NCBI RefSeq assembly: GCF_003704095.1
Contig: NW_020844573.1
Coordinates: forward strand, 62,001-126,000
DNA: 64,000 nt
Direction: 5' to 3'
Source: Pocillopora damicornis
Taxonomy: Eukaryota
Position 1 is the first letter of the stretch. Every line of letters starts with the position of its first letter. The position numbers were made by a program, and so were the translations under genes. Of the stretch, positions 25,954 through 41,060 are shown in pieces. The notes under the pieces are model-generated. The model saw only the letters and a list, made by a program, of their open reading frames with translations. It searched no databases and had not been told where the DNA came from.

Positions 25954-28177
25954 CTTTCAAACTCTGACGAACACAAAGAAAGCCCGCCAAGATCTTCTTT
26001 GATTGAACCGAGTCTGCGCGTTTTTAATCTAGCGTGACGGGATCGCGTGACTCCGGCGAGAAACTAACAAAACTCACCTTCGAAGCCTTGACTACCAAGC
26101 AGACACACGTTAAGAGAAATGCAAATCACTAAATTACCCTTAAATTGCTTTATTACAAAGTATCAAACGAGGTGTACCTCATTTCTTTATAAATGTAAGA
26201 CGCGAAATATGGACTGTTAGGTCGTGTTTTCCATCGTGCAAAACTACGGTCTTACTACATCCCAGGGCGGCTCGAAGGAGGCAACGGAAGGTGTAATAAT
26301 CCGTGCAGGAACAAGGATGGCCCACAGGCAAACTATGACATAACTCCTTTAACATTTATTTCAGGTTCGCTCAGGAATAATTTCAACAAGACCATGACAA
26401 GGCAATATCGCTTCTCTTTCAACGACTCGAACACAATAATCATTAGCAGAACGTTAATTTCACTTTGATGATCAGTTCAGTACAGTACGTCGAAGCGAAA
26501 CAAACTGAGTTTATTCCACAAAAAATATTCAGACTCATCTCACCCGGACCATCACTTTACTCGATCAATTTTCGGTCCTGGGTTAAACCAATATTAACTT
26601 CATTATTTATTTTTTTGGGGGGGGGGGAGGAGTACGCAGGCGGGGGGTGAAGGGTCGTTGGGAACGGATTACAAAATCTTTAACATGTCTGAAACTGTCT
26701 TTTATGTGAAGGAGAATATCACAAATTCAGAAAAAGATCCAAACAAAACCTATCAATCCTTTCACTAAACTTACAAATTGTAAAAAATTTAAATTAAAAC
26801 TAGTTCACAAGACATGTATACAAGCAGGGACGTACTTATACAGAAAACCTCCGACCAGCTATGCAAATATTGGGTTTTGATGACCACAAATAAAATTATA
26901 CGAATTTCGAATAATTTCCCGTGTCCCCGCCCACAGATAATTTCATTTTCAAGTGCGCTTCATGACCATGCTTGTACACATCTCACTACATTGATTCATT
27001 GTTTCTTGGCTAAATTCTTTGCGCTAACCTATTCACAACTGACACTGATGTTACAAATAAACAAATACAGGATTGACTAAAACTTGCTCAGTCATTTATA
27101 ATACTTCCTTGTTTGTTTTTCTTTACAGCGAATTATACAAACAAACGTACCTAGGTCACTTTAAATCTGCCTTAATGACTAATTCTGAGCGCACAAGGTG
27201 GCCAAAATCTCGTGAAAGGCATCTTCTCCCCCGAATAAAATGCAGATACTTTGTAAATAAAAAGACAACAAGGCCATTATGTAGCCGTCTTTAGTGAACT
27301 AATTGGATCAACAAAGAATATGTCATATCACCATATGATTACGCAACAAAATTTCAGGTTTTATCAGTTTTCTTCGAGGTTTTCTCAGTTATTTTTGGCG
27401 ACTTACGGATAATGCGTTTTGCGAGTCAATTGTTGTAAGAACTGCTGGGAAACCTTTTAGTCTTCATAAAAAATTGCCCAGAAATAAAGAAGAAAGTAAG
27501 AACGCGTAAACAAAGAGGCAATCTCGAGCAGGCAAGATCGGCACATTCCACCCGATCAGCCTAACAGAACAAACTTTCCTTCACCTCGTCAACTACCTGA
27601 GTCATCAGAGCCACCCATGTTAAGATTATCGACTGTTGAATTATAATACCTAAGGGGCCCATAAACAAGCTCTCTTATTGACCAATACTTCATATTAAAT
27701 CTAAAGCTTAAAGCCTAAGTCTCAAAAATATTGTTCATTCAGTCTTACTTTGCTAATATTACCCAGCAAGACGTTTACTACCGCAACCCGAACAATCGTC
27801 AAACACGTCATCTGTATCCAACCCAAACGATCAGAAAAAAGCACGAATTTTGAATTTTCAGTTCGTCGCTATGGACACTGGTCGCATTACCGTAAATATC
27901 AGCTGGCAAAGTTTCCCGTAGACTCTTTTTTTCTCGACAACAGAATGTTTGATAATGACTTTCAGTCAGGACCTCGAATCTACAGTAACCGTCACCACAA
28001 GCAGTCTTTTCCAGGAATACACTCCACCGATTACACCACGTGAAGGACTGTGTCGGTTTTTAGGTCCAAATTATTATTTTCGCAGCCGTTTTCGGTATTG
28101 TCACGTAAAACAAGTCATCATCTTGATAAAACTGACGATCGCAAACTTTTTTAATATCCATTCTAAATACACAAGTA

Positions 28178-31100
28178 TCACACAGTCTTCTGGGTACTTT
28201 TGACTTCACTACTAAACTGTCGATACCAGTCTACTCGGAGAGGTCGCACCAGACCGCAAAGATTTGTATTTGTAAAGTCTGCAATATTTCCGAGAGGACC
28301 GCGACTGAAAAACAATTTAAATCGTTACGTACAGTTTTGAAAAGAAATCATGTTAAAATACTTTAAAAAAATCATTCCATGGTTTGATATAAATACACTA
28401 GGACAACGAGAGAAATGAACAAGATGTCCACGTGAATTTTCTATGACCATCGAAAGAGGGATTCATTATTCCACTAGACAAGAAAACTTGAGATACGCCT
28501 TGAGATACACAGATAGCCAATGAAATGGTCAAACTTTTAACTCATGGCTGAAAAAGATCAGTGCTGAAGTCGCCTTTTTCAAGAATTTCTCTTCCTTAAC
28601 CTGATCGTAATTCTTGGGTAAATAACGACTCATTTCTGAAACTAATAGACCCACCAGCAAAGCAATAGTAGATAACAGACTGCGATTAATTTACCTGAAC
28701 GGGCTCTGAGGCATTCCTTTGTCATCGCTAAAGTGGGCATACCTTGACATGTTCAAGCGTTCATTGGTCGTCATTGCCAACCAGAAGATCTTTGAAACAA
28801 AATTGCTCAGTTTTAACTTCAAATTGAAACATCTAAATTTACTAATTTGCAATTAGTCCATCTTTAACCCTCTTAATTTCAGACGAGCCATGATGATGTT
28901 CCCCAAGGTCTAAGAGGGACCTTGGGAACGAGGTTGTTGTATCTTCACTTTCTCCGAGCAATCCCATGACATGCGCAGATGCATTTCAAGTCCAACAATG
29001 GAAGAGATCTCTGTACGCTGGTGAAATGGTTGGAATCGTACCGAGTCCAGACTCCTTAACAATTCCATAACTTTGTAATTTTCACCCTTCACCGACAACT
29101 AAAATCTCACAACCTACCATCTCATTTATTCAGCTAAAATCTCTTCACGCTTTAATCCACACATTTGACCCACACTTTGAATCACATATTAAGGTCAAGG
29201 AAATAAAGAAAATGATCCCCAGCTTAAGAAGCTCTTGATTGTTAAACAAATTCTCCCTGTCTCCGCCTTAAGAAATGTGTAGAGAACAGTATGCAGAATA
29301 TGCGTGATGATGTTAGGGTGTAGAGGGTTAATAACGTAAAAGAAACGTGCTTACATTAAGAGCCAGTCATACCTGGTAACATTGACAGAAAAACAAAGCG
29401 CCCACCCACATCACGTGGAACAGGGCGTTGGCATAACCCCACGTGATCCAAGGGGCACAACGCGTGCTGTGAGCGATGGTTTTCCAGATCCCATCAGGGT
29501 AGGGACCACAAGCTGTAACATAATCTGAAAAAAAACACAACACCAACAATAATTTCTAGTTGAAAAAAGATGGCACACTATTTTTAAACGCTGAAGGTTG
29601 GAAAAAGGCGAACAGGGAATCAATCCTTGAGGGTTTTAATGTAACTAAGTGATTAAATACTTACAAACGGTTCCTCCATAGATGTACCAGAGAATCATAC
29701 CAAACAGGAAACACAGGTATCCAAAAAAGTACAGATGGTTACCAACACCTGTTTAAAACCGAAAAAAAGAAAACAAGACTGTTAAGACCAACCTGAAGTT
29801 GCCTATTTGATTTTGTTCGTTGCACTAACATTTTTCTCATTTTTTTAATATTTTAAACTCAAGTTTTAATATTTTAAACTCAAGTTCTTTAAAACATGTA
29901 CCTACCAACACAATTCTCTACCCAGGGGCAGTGATGATCAAACTTGGCTACACAGCGTTCACAAACGGAACAATGTTTTGATCGGACAGGTTTTCGTAAC
30001 TGTAAAAGTAACAACATAGTCCGTTAAGTAACGAGTGGCACTTCTCAAATATGAATTGTTTTTAGCATGTGCAATTTTGAGCATGTCGTGCAATATCAAT
30101 TGTTAATAACACTAACTTCTAACATTTTCTGTATTTTTTGCGTATGTCCGCTGTCTCCTCGTTCCAATCGCCCAAGCTGGGGCTTGAGACGAGGAGACAG
30201 CTTACAATCCAGGCTACAGTTCTGCCAAAAGAAACGAACGTTGTGACATCTTACAACTTACAAGACAAGTCGAACAAAACTTTGTAAAGTCGAACGAATT
30301 CTTTTCCACGAGTTCTATAATGGTCTAAGGAGGTAAACAGACGACAACAATTAATTATATAAAACAATTTTAAAAGGCTCACAATTGCTAGAGTAGCTCG
30401 ATGAAATTGTCTGCTAAAAACTTCTTCCGCTGTTTGGTGCAGCGGAATAAAGGTTGCTATCCATTTAGCAATACCATTATCACTACGTTCTGCTCTTGCG
30501 ATCACGATGTGGTTTTCGTCGCAATGGTGTTCGAGTGGAAAAAGACTGACTATTTAAACTTTAAATTCTAGGTAACCGACGGTGGAATGGCGCGGAGTGT
30601 TTATGTTCAAAACATTTTTTGAAAATAATTTCAAGAATGCATGCATTCCATGAAGTATTCTTCAGACCGAAAGAAAAGAGGTTTGCTATATTCTCTCAAA
30701 GGGCAGTCACTTGCTAAGCCTTCTGCGGTTACAAGGATAAACTTCAAGGTTCAGTAGACGCAGCATTCCTCTCATTTCTCTGTATCGCTAATCTTACAAG
30801 TCTTTTGTGTCTTTTTATCTCTATCGCTTTCGAAGTTAAGTAAGTTACACCTATGTTTTCCTACCTGTCGTTGTTCAGATGTGGTTGTGCTGATATACCC
30901 TGGATCTGCCTTCCACGACTTGTAGAAACAGTAATACAAACCAACGGTGTTGACGAAGAATGATGCCAAGATAAACGGGCTATTAACATGTATTAAAAGT
31001 TAAGGAAAATGTCCCATATATTCACAAATAAAGATTACGCAATTGTTGGTATATAAGAATACATAAAGCCAAATGGATTTAAAAGATAGCGGTACAATGT

Positions 31101-31966
31101 AATCATTTGTGATAACGTTTACTGAGAGCGATCTAATCAAGTGTCGAAAGCATTCCAAGATGGCATTGGCCCAACTTTACAACGTCCTGTAACTGGTCGT
31201 AAAAAATCGCACCATCCTCTTCACCAAACAGATGCCAAAATCTAACCACTGGTGACTCTGTTATGTGTGTTTTCTTGCGCTTGGAGCCGATTACGTGTAT
31301 TATCCTTTGCTCTGATTAGCCTTTGCGCTAACTCTAGTTGTGGTTTTACGAAAATCAACTGAAAAACGCTCTCAATCCCATTTTATTTCTGCTTTAAATG
31401 GTTTAAGCATGTCATGTAATTGGTTTTAAAGAGTTGTGATTGGTTAGGAATTTGCGCCAACAACCACTTTGCTCATTGACCCTACCTTTGTAACATCTGT
31501 TTTCAGAGGTTAATCGTGTTTGATTGTTGTTTGTATCATGTTTTTACCGAATATATACTCATTAAATTGTTTACAATAAATCATTAGTCAAAAGGTTGCC
31601 TTAGGTACTTTAGAGACTATTTCTCACAGTTAATCAAGCACTTAGAAGCTGTTCTTTTATCTTAAAGAAACTTTTTTTAATATCCTAAATGTTTAACCAG
31701 TTAGTTCATTCCAGGTTACCCGCCAGCATCTTAGGTGATTTCTCTAGTTCGCTGGTATCCATTCCTTCTCCTAGGTGTATGGAAACGCTGTGAAAATATA
31801 TTTTTCTGATATCATTCCGTCGACAACTCTACAGATTCTGTTGGAACGATTCTTCAACTTTCCGACACCCGGTCCACAGAAAATGGATCACAGGCAATAC
31901 AACCATCTTTATCAATCAGCTTGACTTAAAATGGCTCCACCGCTCCCTTACTCAGTTGCTTTGCCG

Positions 31967-32000
<34 letters not shown>

Positions 32001-35000
32001 AGGAACGAGTCTACACTTCCGTACGTAAACGGTCAAAAGGATATAGGGCCAGAAAAACACAAACCATGTGGTATACATGAAGATTTTAGTGGCTAGGTAG
32101 ACACCCAGGGGTATACGACTTGAAAGGGTGCCCCCCTGGAAAATTCTGTAAACAGAAAATTGGGTTAGCTCAGATGTCGAAAGTAATCTGGGATTGCTAT
32201 GAATTCCATTTACTTCTCTCTGTGATTGTTCAAGAAATATCGTGCCACCCCTTCGACTCAACCAATCAGATGCAAACGTTAGCCAAATCGCAACTTGTTC
32301 ACACGCTTTCATTGTCTTTTTGTAATATCTTTCCTATCTCTTCTAACTGGCAATTAAACTTTTGTTTAATTAAAAATAAAATAAAATAAAATAAAAAGCG
32401 TAAAGCGCTGTGATCCGCAAACAGAGACGTTGCTACCACTGACAACAACTGCAACCGAAAATTTCAAGCTGGAAATTCAGGCAACCGTGAAATAAAGACC
32501 GACGACAAAAGACGGAGATCAATTTCAGCTCTTGCGATCGTGCAACGTGTCATTAAATTAATGTGCATGTTATCTATGCTTATTCGTTAGCTTTATCTAC
32601 AACAGAATTGATGGTGTTAATTGTTATGACTTCAAGGATTAAAGCACTGGCTGAAACAAATTATTTCCGAACTTCTGATTCGCTAATTGTGAACAATCTT
32701 GAATTTCGTTTTGTGTTGAAAGAATATGTTTATGGAAACTTTCAACCCCTTTTTTACATCATGATGAATAAAAATTAATAGTTAAAATCATTTCTTTGGG
32801 TTGGTCAGTTTGATAAGGCATACGTGGGCAGCGAATATAAAAATCTGGGGTTGTCTTAGATTGCTTATAAAATAGGTTCCAATCGCTTAGTACTTACTTA
32901 GTACTTTCAAGAAAATTAAACCTTTGATAGCCATTCTGATGCAAATTAAATTGTTTAAAATTATGCAGTTTTCTTTTCTGATTTTACAAGTTTTCTAAAA
33001 TTGAAGAACACAATGCCTTTTCTTTACAACTAAAAAACAATTAGAATTTAGTATCTCTTATGTGGTTGTTCGTTTTAAAAAGCACATAAATTAAGTGGGC
33101 AACAGTGGTTCTGCACTGTGTAGCTGCTTAAACATTTTACACACTAATACCAGAACTTTTAGCGATTAGTTTTGAAAAAACAAGCATTCCCCAGAAAGGA
33201 TGAAGTCATCGACAAAATGCCAGAAATAATTAATTGTGCAGTTAATAAAACTAAAGCAATGTTGGAAAGGATATAATACAAATACACAGTTAAAATGTTG
33301 TAGTAAAGATAAGCTTTGGTGGCCAGTGTCCAGCCGAATACAACAGTACTACCAGCAGAATAGACTAATGTGAACCAACTGTGAGTAAATGGTAGTAATA
33401 AAAATAAGTATTAGCAAAAACAAGTGCATCACTGCTATGCCTGAAACGGTTCTAAAACAATGTATTTAGTTTACTTAATACTAACTTCAATGGTTCAAAC
33501 CAAGTTTACAGAATAAAATCTAAAAAAACATGATTAAAGTTGATCTGAGCTGAGTTGTTGGCTTCTAAGGTAACAGTTGTGCCATGTCAGGTACAAATGA
33601 AAGCCTTGGTTGATTATCAAATTCATGTTGACAAAAAAGTGTGAATTTCTGTAGCAAGTTATGAAACACTGAAACCCCAAGTATTTGGCAATTATTGCAG
33701 TAGTAATCAAAATTTGCTGAGGCAGTTTATCTTCCTTCATTGACTCCCATTTGAAAATTAATTAGAGGGTGATTCATATAAAGGTTAACTAAATTGAGGT
33801 AGCAAACTTGCTGCATATCAGATCCATGCTCTGTGGTCATGTTCCATGACAAGCAGCAAGAGTTCTCAAGACATCAGGTGGGACAAGAAGCAACTTTCCA
33901 GCAATCCTTGTCTCCACAATTCACACCTAAACTGCATATTACAGGATAATCAAAGAAAGAGTCAGCTTCACTGTATATATTAAAGAACAGATCTAACAGT
34001 ACTTACTGCATTGTATAGTACGCTGTTAATCCTACAGCTAAAAAGAGTGGCAGAGAAATAAACCATGCCGATGAATACTCTAAAATCGCACCAATTGAGA
34101 AGATGGTAAAGAATGGCAGTCCTATTTGAACATAGCGTTGAACAGCCTGTGAAGAGATATCAGCAAATACCAGGTTAGCTTTGATCAGTATTTTCAGTTT
34201 TATGCAGCCTAAGTTACTGAATAAACTAAGCCCTTTATGCCATAGCTTTCTAAGAGAAATAATATTGTTTCTCTTTTGAAAAAAAATTGAGAAAATTTTC
34301 AAGAGGGCCTACTCATTTTTACAGTCACATATTTGTCTCAACAGTTAGCTGTTACTAATTGCAAGATTAGAGGTAAGCATTATTAACTGTACCACACCCA
34401 CCTTGTCTCTGGTCAAAGATTGTAAAAATACTGGCTTTCCTTCTCCTTTGTCTTTTTGCATTAAATCCATTTGAACCAAAATCCACTTGCTTTTCTTCTG
34501 TTTTGCCAAGTCATATGGAGACTGACCCTGTCAATGTGTTTGTTAAAAAAATTGTAATCAAAACATGGAACAAGAACATCACAAACAAAAGTCATATGAA
34601 CTCATCCATGTGCAATTTTTGGAAGCAGCACAACATAGCCACAGTTGTGCAATACCAAAGCTGTGAGAAAGGACTCAATACAGGTATTGCATGTCCAGCT
34701 GATATTACAGGAATAAGTCTGGTTCAGCTATGATTTTATTCATGTCAAAAGAATACCAGTTAATTCTCATTTTTACAGTAATGAATGCGACTAAAAAAGG
34801 AAGAACAAAGGCTGTTCACCAAGTTGAAAGTTAGAACTTTTAGAGCATTAGACAGACTGTGTACCTCAGCATTCAAAGCATCCATGCTGGCACCAGCTTT
34901 AAGAAGTGTTCGTATCACATTGTGGTTGTTAGACATCACTGCCCAGTGTAAAGCTGAGAATAGAAAATGATTGTCACTAGGTTTAGGTCATGCTGGTTGC

Positions 35001-38000
35001 TAATTTTCTGCAAAAGTTGCCATTTTTTAAGAGGACAATTGAAATTCCCTCAATTCCTAGGAGTCACATCGGCTAGGATAGAATAATTTGAATGTGTCAT
35101 GTACTCAAACCCAGGTACTGTTCCTTTAGTTGGTTCAACTGAAACCCTAGATAATTACATCTATCAAGTCTGGATAACCTTGCCTATTAACTGACTGCTG
35201 TAGGGTGAAAAAGTCTTCAAACTGATTTGTAGATTAGTAATTGAACACAACATGAGCCCAATTTTTTAGTTAAATTGCCAAAGTACTGTAAAAACTCATT
35301 TAAAATTGATTTTTGTTAAATATCAAGGAATCGATGATGGTTTAAAAGAAAGGGATTAGGCCAGATTTAAAAGAACAACACAACAAACATGTTTATTACG
35401 ACATGGCAGCTATCCTGGCCAGGCTGCCTTTCAATGCACATACATAAAAGACAAGTGCTGGCCAAATACATCATATATTTTTTTTTACATGAGAAACACA
35501 AGCACCTGTATTTTTATGAAACTTGTCAGCCAGTGCTATTGAGGCATTCATTGTCAAGAGCATCCTTGTCAGCTCCAACCTAGTGAACATTGTGAAATGA
35601 TAATTATTATCTAAAAATGTAACAAATTAATCTAAAAGACAAATTAGTTGTTTCTACATGTTTACATCTTTGAACAGAGTCCTTTCTTAATCAAGCAACT
35701 CCTTAGTAAACTTTCTTTTTGTGTACATGCTTGGAAGCCTATAAAATCTAATGCACATCATTCTCCAAAGATTTGACCTCCTCCATTTCCCCTGTCTTGC
35801 TTTAAACATCCTAACTCCTCTAAATCTCAAGGAATACAGATTTAAAGTTACACTCACCCAAAGCATCTATAAGATGCCCACATCAAAGGTGACATTCCAT
35901 TTCTATCCAGCAAATCAACATCCTGCAATAAACAAATTCAATTATAAAATATATTAAATTTCTTTATGACAAAGAAATTTATGCTCACATAGAGAAAATG
36001 TTAGTTGGAAATAATAATACAAAATAATACATACCATTCCTTTAGAAATCAAATAAGCCACAACTCCCATCTGACTGTTCTGAACAGCTACATGTAAACA
36101 ACTGCACCCTGTTGTGTAAACAACAACAAATGAGTATCAAAATTCATTGAGCAATTAGATTGCGAGGTCAAGAATTTTAACACATGACAGCTTATGAGGG
36201 CAAAGCCTGAATCAAGTATCACATGCAGAAATTGAGAGCAAATAATCTAACTCTTTTGGTGAAATTTTGAACTCTGTTGTTTAAAAGAGAAAGGCTCATG
36301 TTTTTACAGAATAATGACAGGAACATTATTAGGTAGTAGATCTCAAAGATAAAAATAGTATGTGTAAGAATAGTGCTTGCATGTAATTTTATTTCTTAGT
36401 TAATTTCAAAACATTCCATGTACCTTCTATGTCAAGTGATGATGGATCAGCTCCATGCTTCATTAGAAAGACAACCATCTCAAGGTGGCCTTGCCTGTGA
36501 TAAAAAATTGCAAAAACACTGTTAGGTGGTTCAGTCAAGAGACAAAGAGGTCAGAAATTTTGCACCAATGAAGCAAGATTACCTACCTGACAGCCCAATG
36601 TAGTGGTGTGGCATGCAAAATACCACCCTTCCTATCAACAATAGCTCCCTTTTTGACAAAATACCTGTTGTAAATAAATATATCATGGAGTTTTGGATGA
36701 GCAAATCTTACTAAAAAACTCATAGAATACTAGTCAATTTACCAATTAATCCTTAAATCAGTAACAAGCAGGCTTCAGACTGAGACCAACTTTTAATGCT
36801 GACCTGTATTAACAACATAATGAAGATACAAATTGAAAATTGTATCAATTCATGCTTACTCAGCAATTCTTATTCTATTGTTGATAGCAGCCCAATGCAA
36901 TGCCGAAACATTTTCTTTGTCAGGAGTATTCACATCTACTCCTTCCTTGTCAATCAGCTCAGCACATCTGTCAAAGATGCCATACTGTGTTGCTCGGACC
37001 AGGTCAAACTGGCTGTAGTCTGGTTGGTAATATGCTCCACCATGTTGACTGTATGGATCTTCTGGTTGAGTGGGGTATGGCTTACTTTCCATGATGGATT
37101 CCTGCACATTTGAAAAGGACATGATTAGTTAAGTATTGTAAAGAAAGTGTTGATGGAGCATTTCATTCGTGACACTTAAAAATGAACAGATCGTAGTCTC
37201 CATTTGGCGTGACAAAAAGCTTAGATAATTGTGTGCAACAACAATCTGGTCTGAGAAACAACTTCTTTTCTGAGAGCAAAACTCCAGTAAAACTGTAAGC
37301 TTTGAGGGATTGATAACAAGGAAAAATGAGCAAATGTATTTTAGCCCTCTCCCTTTTTGGCTGAAACAAGGGTGGTGGCTTAAACCATGGAACGTCAATT
37401 GCAACTGGCCAAAAAACAGGTGTACAAAGAACTTTGTTCTTATAATAACACGTGAACTCCTCCTTGCTCAGAATAACCTAAACATTTTTGATAACCTCTG
37501 TAATGATTATGCCCATAACTTTTGCTATCAGTCCACAACATGTCTTAGCCTAAATGAAGTGCACACTTCGAAATCAAGAGAAGTAAATTAAACATTATTT
37601 GAAGTAGCACAAGCCTAATCTACAATCTTGATGAGGTTAGTTCTTATTATAATTCCTGCTAAAAAAAAACTTTCACTCCTAACACCATTTATACCTCGCA
37701 AACTTTGTATAAAACGCTTTATTCAATGCCGATTTCATCAGTCGTTAAAACAAAACGATAAATTTCAAAACAAACGCTGAAATTTTAACAGGCTGTGTTT
37801 AATTAGTATGGAATGATTCACTTTGCTTGGCATCACATCTGTACTGATCAAAAACAACCTTTAGGTAATATTTTTACGAAAGTAAATCTATGTACGTTTC
37901 GATCTTCAGTTAACGGAGAAAACTTGCACAACAATTGCCTTGTGTACTTCTGATTACGACATGGCGTGATTTTGTAAAGAAGGGAGAGGTAATAACTTTG

Positions 38001-38208
38001 TTACAATTTGACATGCTGGGTATCGTGTGTTGCGTCACGCCGTTCCTCCAGCAAAATGAGATTTGACACAATCCTTCTCAACTCAGTAGACTTTAAAAGT
38101 TTATACAGAAATGACTTATGTGTATTTTATGGAAAAAGCCACCAACCGTACCTTTTTTCCTGTTTCATCTAACCCTAGCTCACGAGAACCATGGAACCCA
38201 TCCGCCAT
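28178..38208 (-). CDS. ZDHHC17: Ankyrin-repeat DHHC palmitoyltransferase (HIP14 / ZDHHC17/13 family)
   Basis: Start [19 protein letters not shown] (38208-38152). Ankyrin exons [46 protein letters not shown]; TM exons; [38 protein letters not shown] (about 30323-29904); last exon [10 protein letters not shown]...TQKTV* ends at 28178. Confidence 0.95.
30990..32044 (-). other. U12-type (minor spliceosome) AT-AC intron in ZDHHC17
   Basis: 5' site ATATCCTTT at 32044, branch point TTCCTTAAC at 31007-30999, 3' AC at 30991-30990. Removal joins [16 protein letters not shown] in frame. Confidence 0.93.
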
Positions 38209-40848
38209 GTTGCCTGACAATTGAACTTACTCCAAATATGGCATTGTTCACCAAATTTGGGAAAATAGCGGTCGTTTTCAAAGGTCAGAAAAAACGAAAC
38301 GTCTCCGATTTCGTTCGACCCCAAAGCAAAATAGAAGAATCTTTAACTCTTAGAAACATAAATCCACAAAGAAATGGAGGGTTGTAGTCTGAAATACGAC
38401 GAAGAAGTGCAAAAACAACCGCCGAAAGCGTCGATCAGGTAAAGGATAGAGAAACAGTTAATAAAAATTCGAAATTCTGTGGCGTTGATGTTGATCTCCA
38501 TCTGAACTATGTGATATTTACTTCTATCTCTTGCGTCTCTCTGCAGATCAAATAATCCTACCTTTATGAGTCCAACAGACAACATGTTTTCACCATGTAC
38601 CCGGAAGCTCGTCTCCAAACGAGGACTGCACCATCCCAGCTTGATTTCACTGTAGGTTCTGTTGTAAGCTTTTCAAAAGAGAAGGCTAACGCTGTTTCGT
38701 AAACATTTGGAAAACGTTTCCCATAATGGAACTAGCAGAGTGTATGTCCAAGAACTCTAAAAGCACCTTTAAGCTTATTTGTAAATAATAACGGAAAGTT
38801 TTATTGTTTCACTTAGGAGTCAACGACGACTTGGGAACGCTTTCCAGAATGAGAGCAGCAATCAAGATGGCAAGGAAAATGTACCAAACTGATCGATTTA
38901 CTCATCGTAATTGGTTGTTTTCTGTGAGAAGAGTCGCGTCTGTTTTATGAATACCAAGTCTTAAGTCGATAAGATTACTTCGATCATAATTATTGTTTTA
39001 TTTATGAAAGTTGATAAGAGTAAAATCTTAAGGTAATGTATCCAGGCATGTTAATAATTCACAGGTCAACTAGTCAAGATGTAATTGTTTCCCTTCCATT
39101 TTTTAAAATTTCCACCAAAAGCAAAATTTTGTAACGTACCTTACACCATACGTATTTAAAAAATTGATAAAAGTAACAATAAATGCCATCACTTTACAAT
39201 CACTGTGGGATTATAAAAAGATACATAATGGCAATTAAAGTTGAAGTGCTAACAAACTCTTTGTGTTGTTAAGTTACAATTACCCATAGTTAAAATCTGA
39301 TGGAGTTCATATTCACTCAAGAGTATTGGCAGTTAAGCAATGCTGGCAGGTCACCTAGAAAGATTTACTCATAAACTCCATGTTATAGGTATAACCAGGA
39401 GGGGTAATGGGCCACACTGGGTTTAAGAGATGGCAGAGATGAGGACAGGAAGTGGGAAATGAAAACTTTTGAACATCTGTAGATTTAATTAACACTGTTC
39501 CTCAAAAGGAAGTCACACAACAGGAGAGCAAGGCACAGGAAGCTGTGGATTCACCTTCCTTCCTCCCCTCCAGGATAAATAGGGTCTGGCAATGACAGCT
39601 GGTCATTCCAATTGCACATGTAACTTTGTCATTTTATCATGGTGTTGTTTAAATTCCCAAGGTCTCACAATTAGTGATTCTCCCATCTGATTACAATATG
39701 CTGTTTTTATGCCTGTTCCAAATAAATTGGTTTTACAACCAAAAATATTTTCTTGGTTCTCAGTTCTGTATATGCCTGAGTATGACAAAAATATGTAACC
39801 TCCACCACATCAAACTCAGATCAACATTTTCAAGAAATCTGTATGAGATTGTTAACTTACAAACAGGTAAATGATTTTCAAGTGGCAGTTTATTATATTA
39901 CCCTAGGGGACCACTTTCTCATTACAGTGACTGACACATTACAAAAATGTCATAATTTATGACCCATACAGAAAAAACTTCTACAACATGTGCTGTCATA
40001 CTTCACAAGAGTAGCGTGTACAAAAATTCTCACCTACTGAGAAGACTTTTTTTGGAAGTTAATTTTGAAATACTTCTTAAAAAAAAAACAAAACAAAACA
40101 AAATTATATTGACAAACTAGCAGAGCCCTTGGTACTCCCTTGTAAATTAACATACAGTACGTTTCACTTCTTTTTCTTTTGTCACCAGAAGTTAGATTTC
40201 AAAACTTGGAGAGGGTACCTCAACCTTAATTTAACATTTATGCAGATTTATTAATGGTACCCTAGAGATGTTTGCACATGTTCAACAATTTGTAGAAATT
40301 TCAAGTCTACAGTCTCAGTAAAATCAATCCAAAGCTTTTTTTTTTTTTTACCATAAAACTCAGATTGAATCAGATTATCAGCTTTCTATTATAATTCCAC
40401 TCCAAAAATATTCATCATTGAAAGATTATCTACTTTCTTACATAATAATTTAATAATGACAATAATGTTATTACGCATATTGGACACCAAGAACTGGTTG
40501 TTTCAAGAAAAGATGATTGATCTACAGTGCATCTAAAGATGATCAAACCTTTTACCTTTACCAAAAAAATATTGATGGAAAAAAAGCAACCTTTCAAATT
40601 GCATTTTATCATAAAGATGGCTAAACAACTGAAATCTAAAGAATATCACAATAACAGGTCCGAAAAATGATAAGTTACAGGAAGCAATCTGAAAATATCC
40701 AGCTATTGCTTTTTTCCATATTAATCTAATTCTTACATTTTTCTTTTTTTGTTTTGGGTGTTTGGTTGATTATTGAAAGAGATTTTGGTAATGCCAAGAG
40801 GATCCGTTAGTTGAGAGATAGAGTAGAAAAAATTGGGGCATTGAGAAG

Positions 40849-41060
40849 TTAACCCTTTAACTCCCAAGATCACATTAGTAATTCTCCTTACTGTCTACCA
40901 TAAAATTCTTGTGATTTTAGTTTGGAGAATTTAGTATTGGATCAACTAATAATCACCTAATTGATATTTTTCTGTTTTCTCATCACTTGTCTGCTTGATA
41001 CTGTATTGATATTGTAAGGAGAAATTCTGTCTTGGTCACTCACTGGAGTTAAAGGGTTAA
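40849..41060. mobile_element. piggyBac-like MITE, intact copy
   Basis: TTAA on both sides and perfect 12-bp TIRs ccctttaactcc / ggagttaaaggg. Second copy at 24528. Confidence 0.9.

Noticed and set aside
38860-38960. caagatggc start-like motif divergent from ZDHHC17
   Set aside because: The ORF is under 30 codons with no downstream exons found; probably just a promoter (YY1-like) motif.
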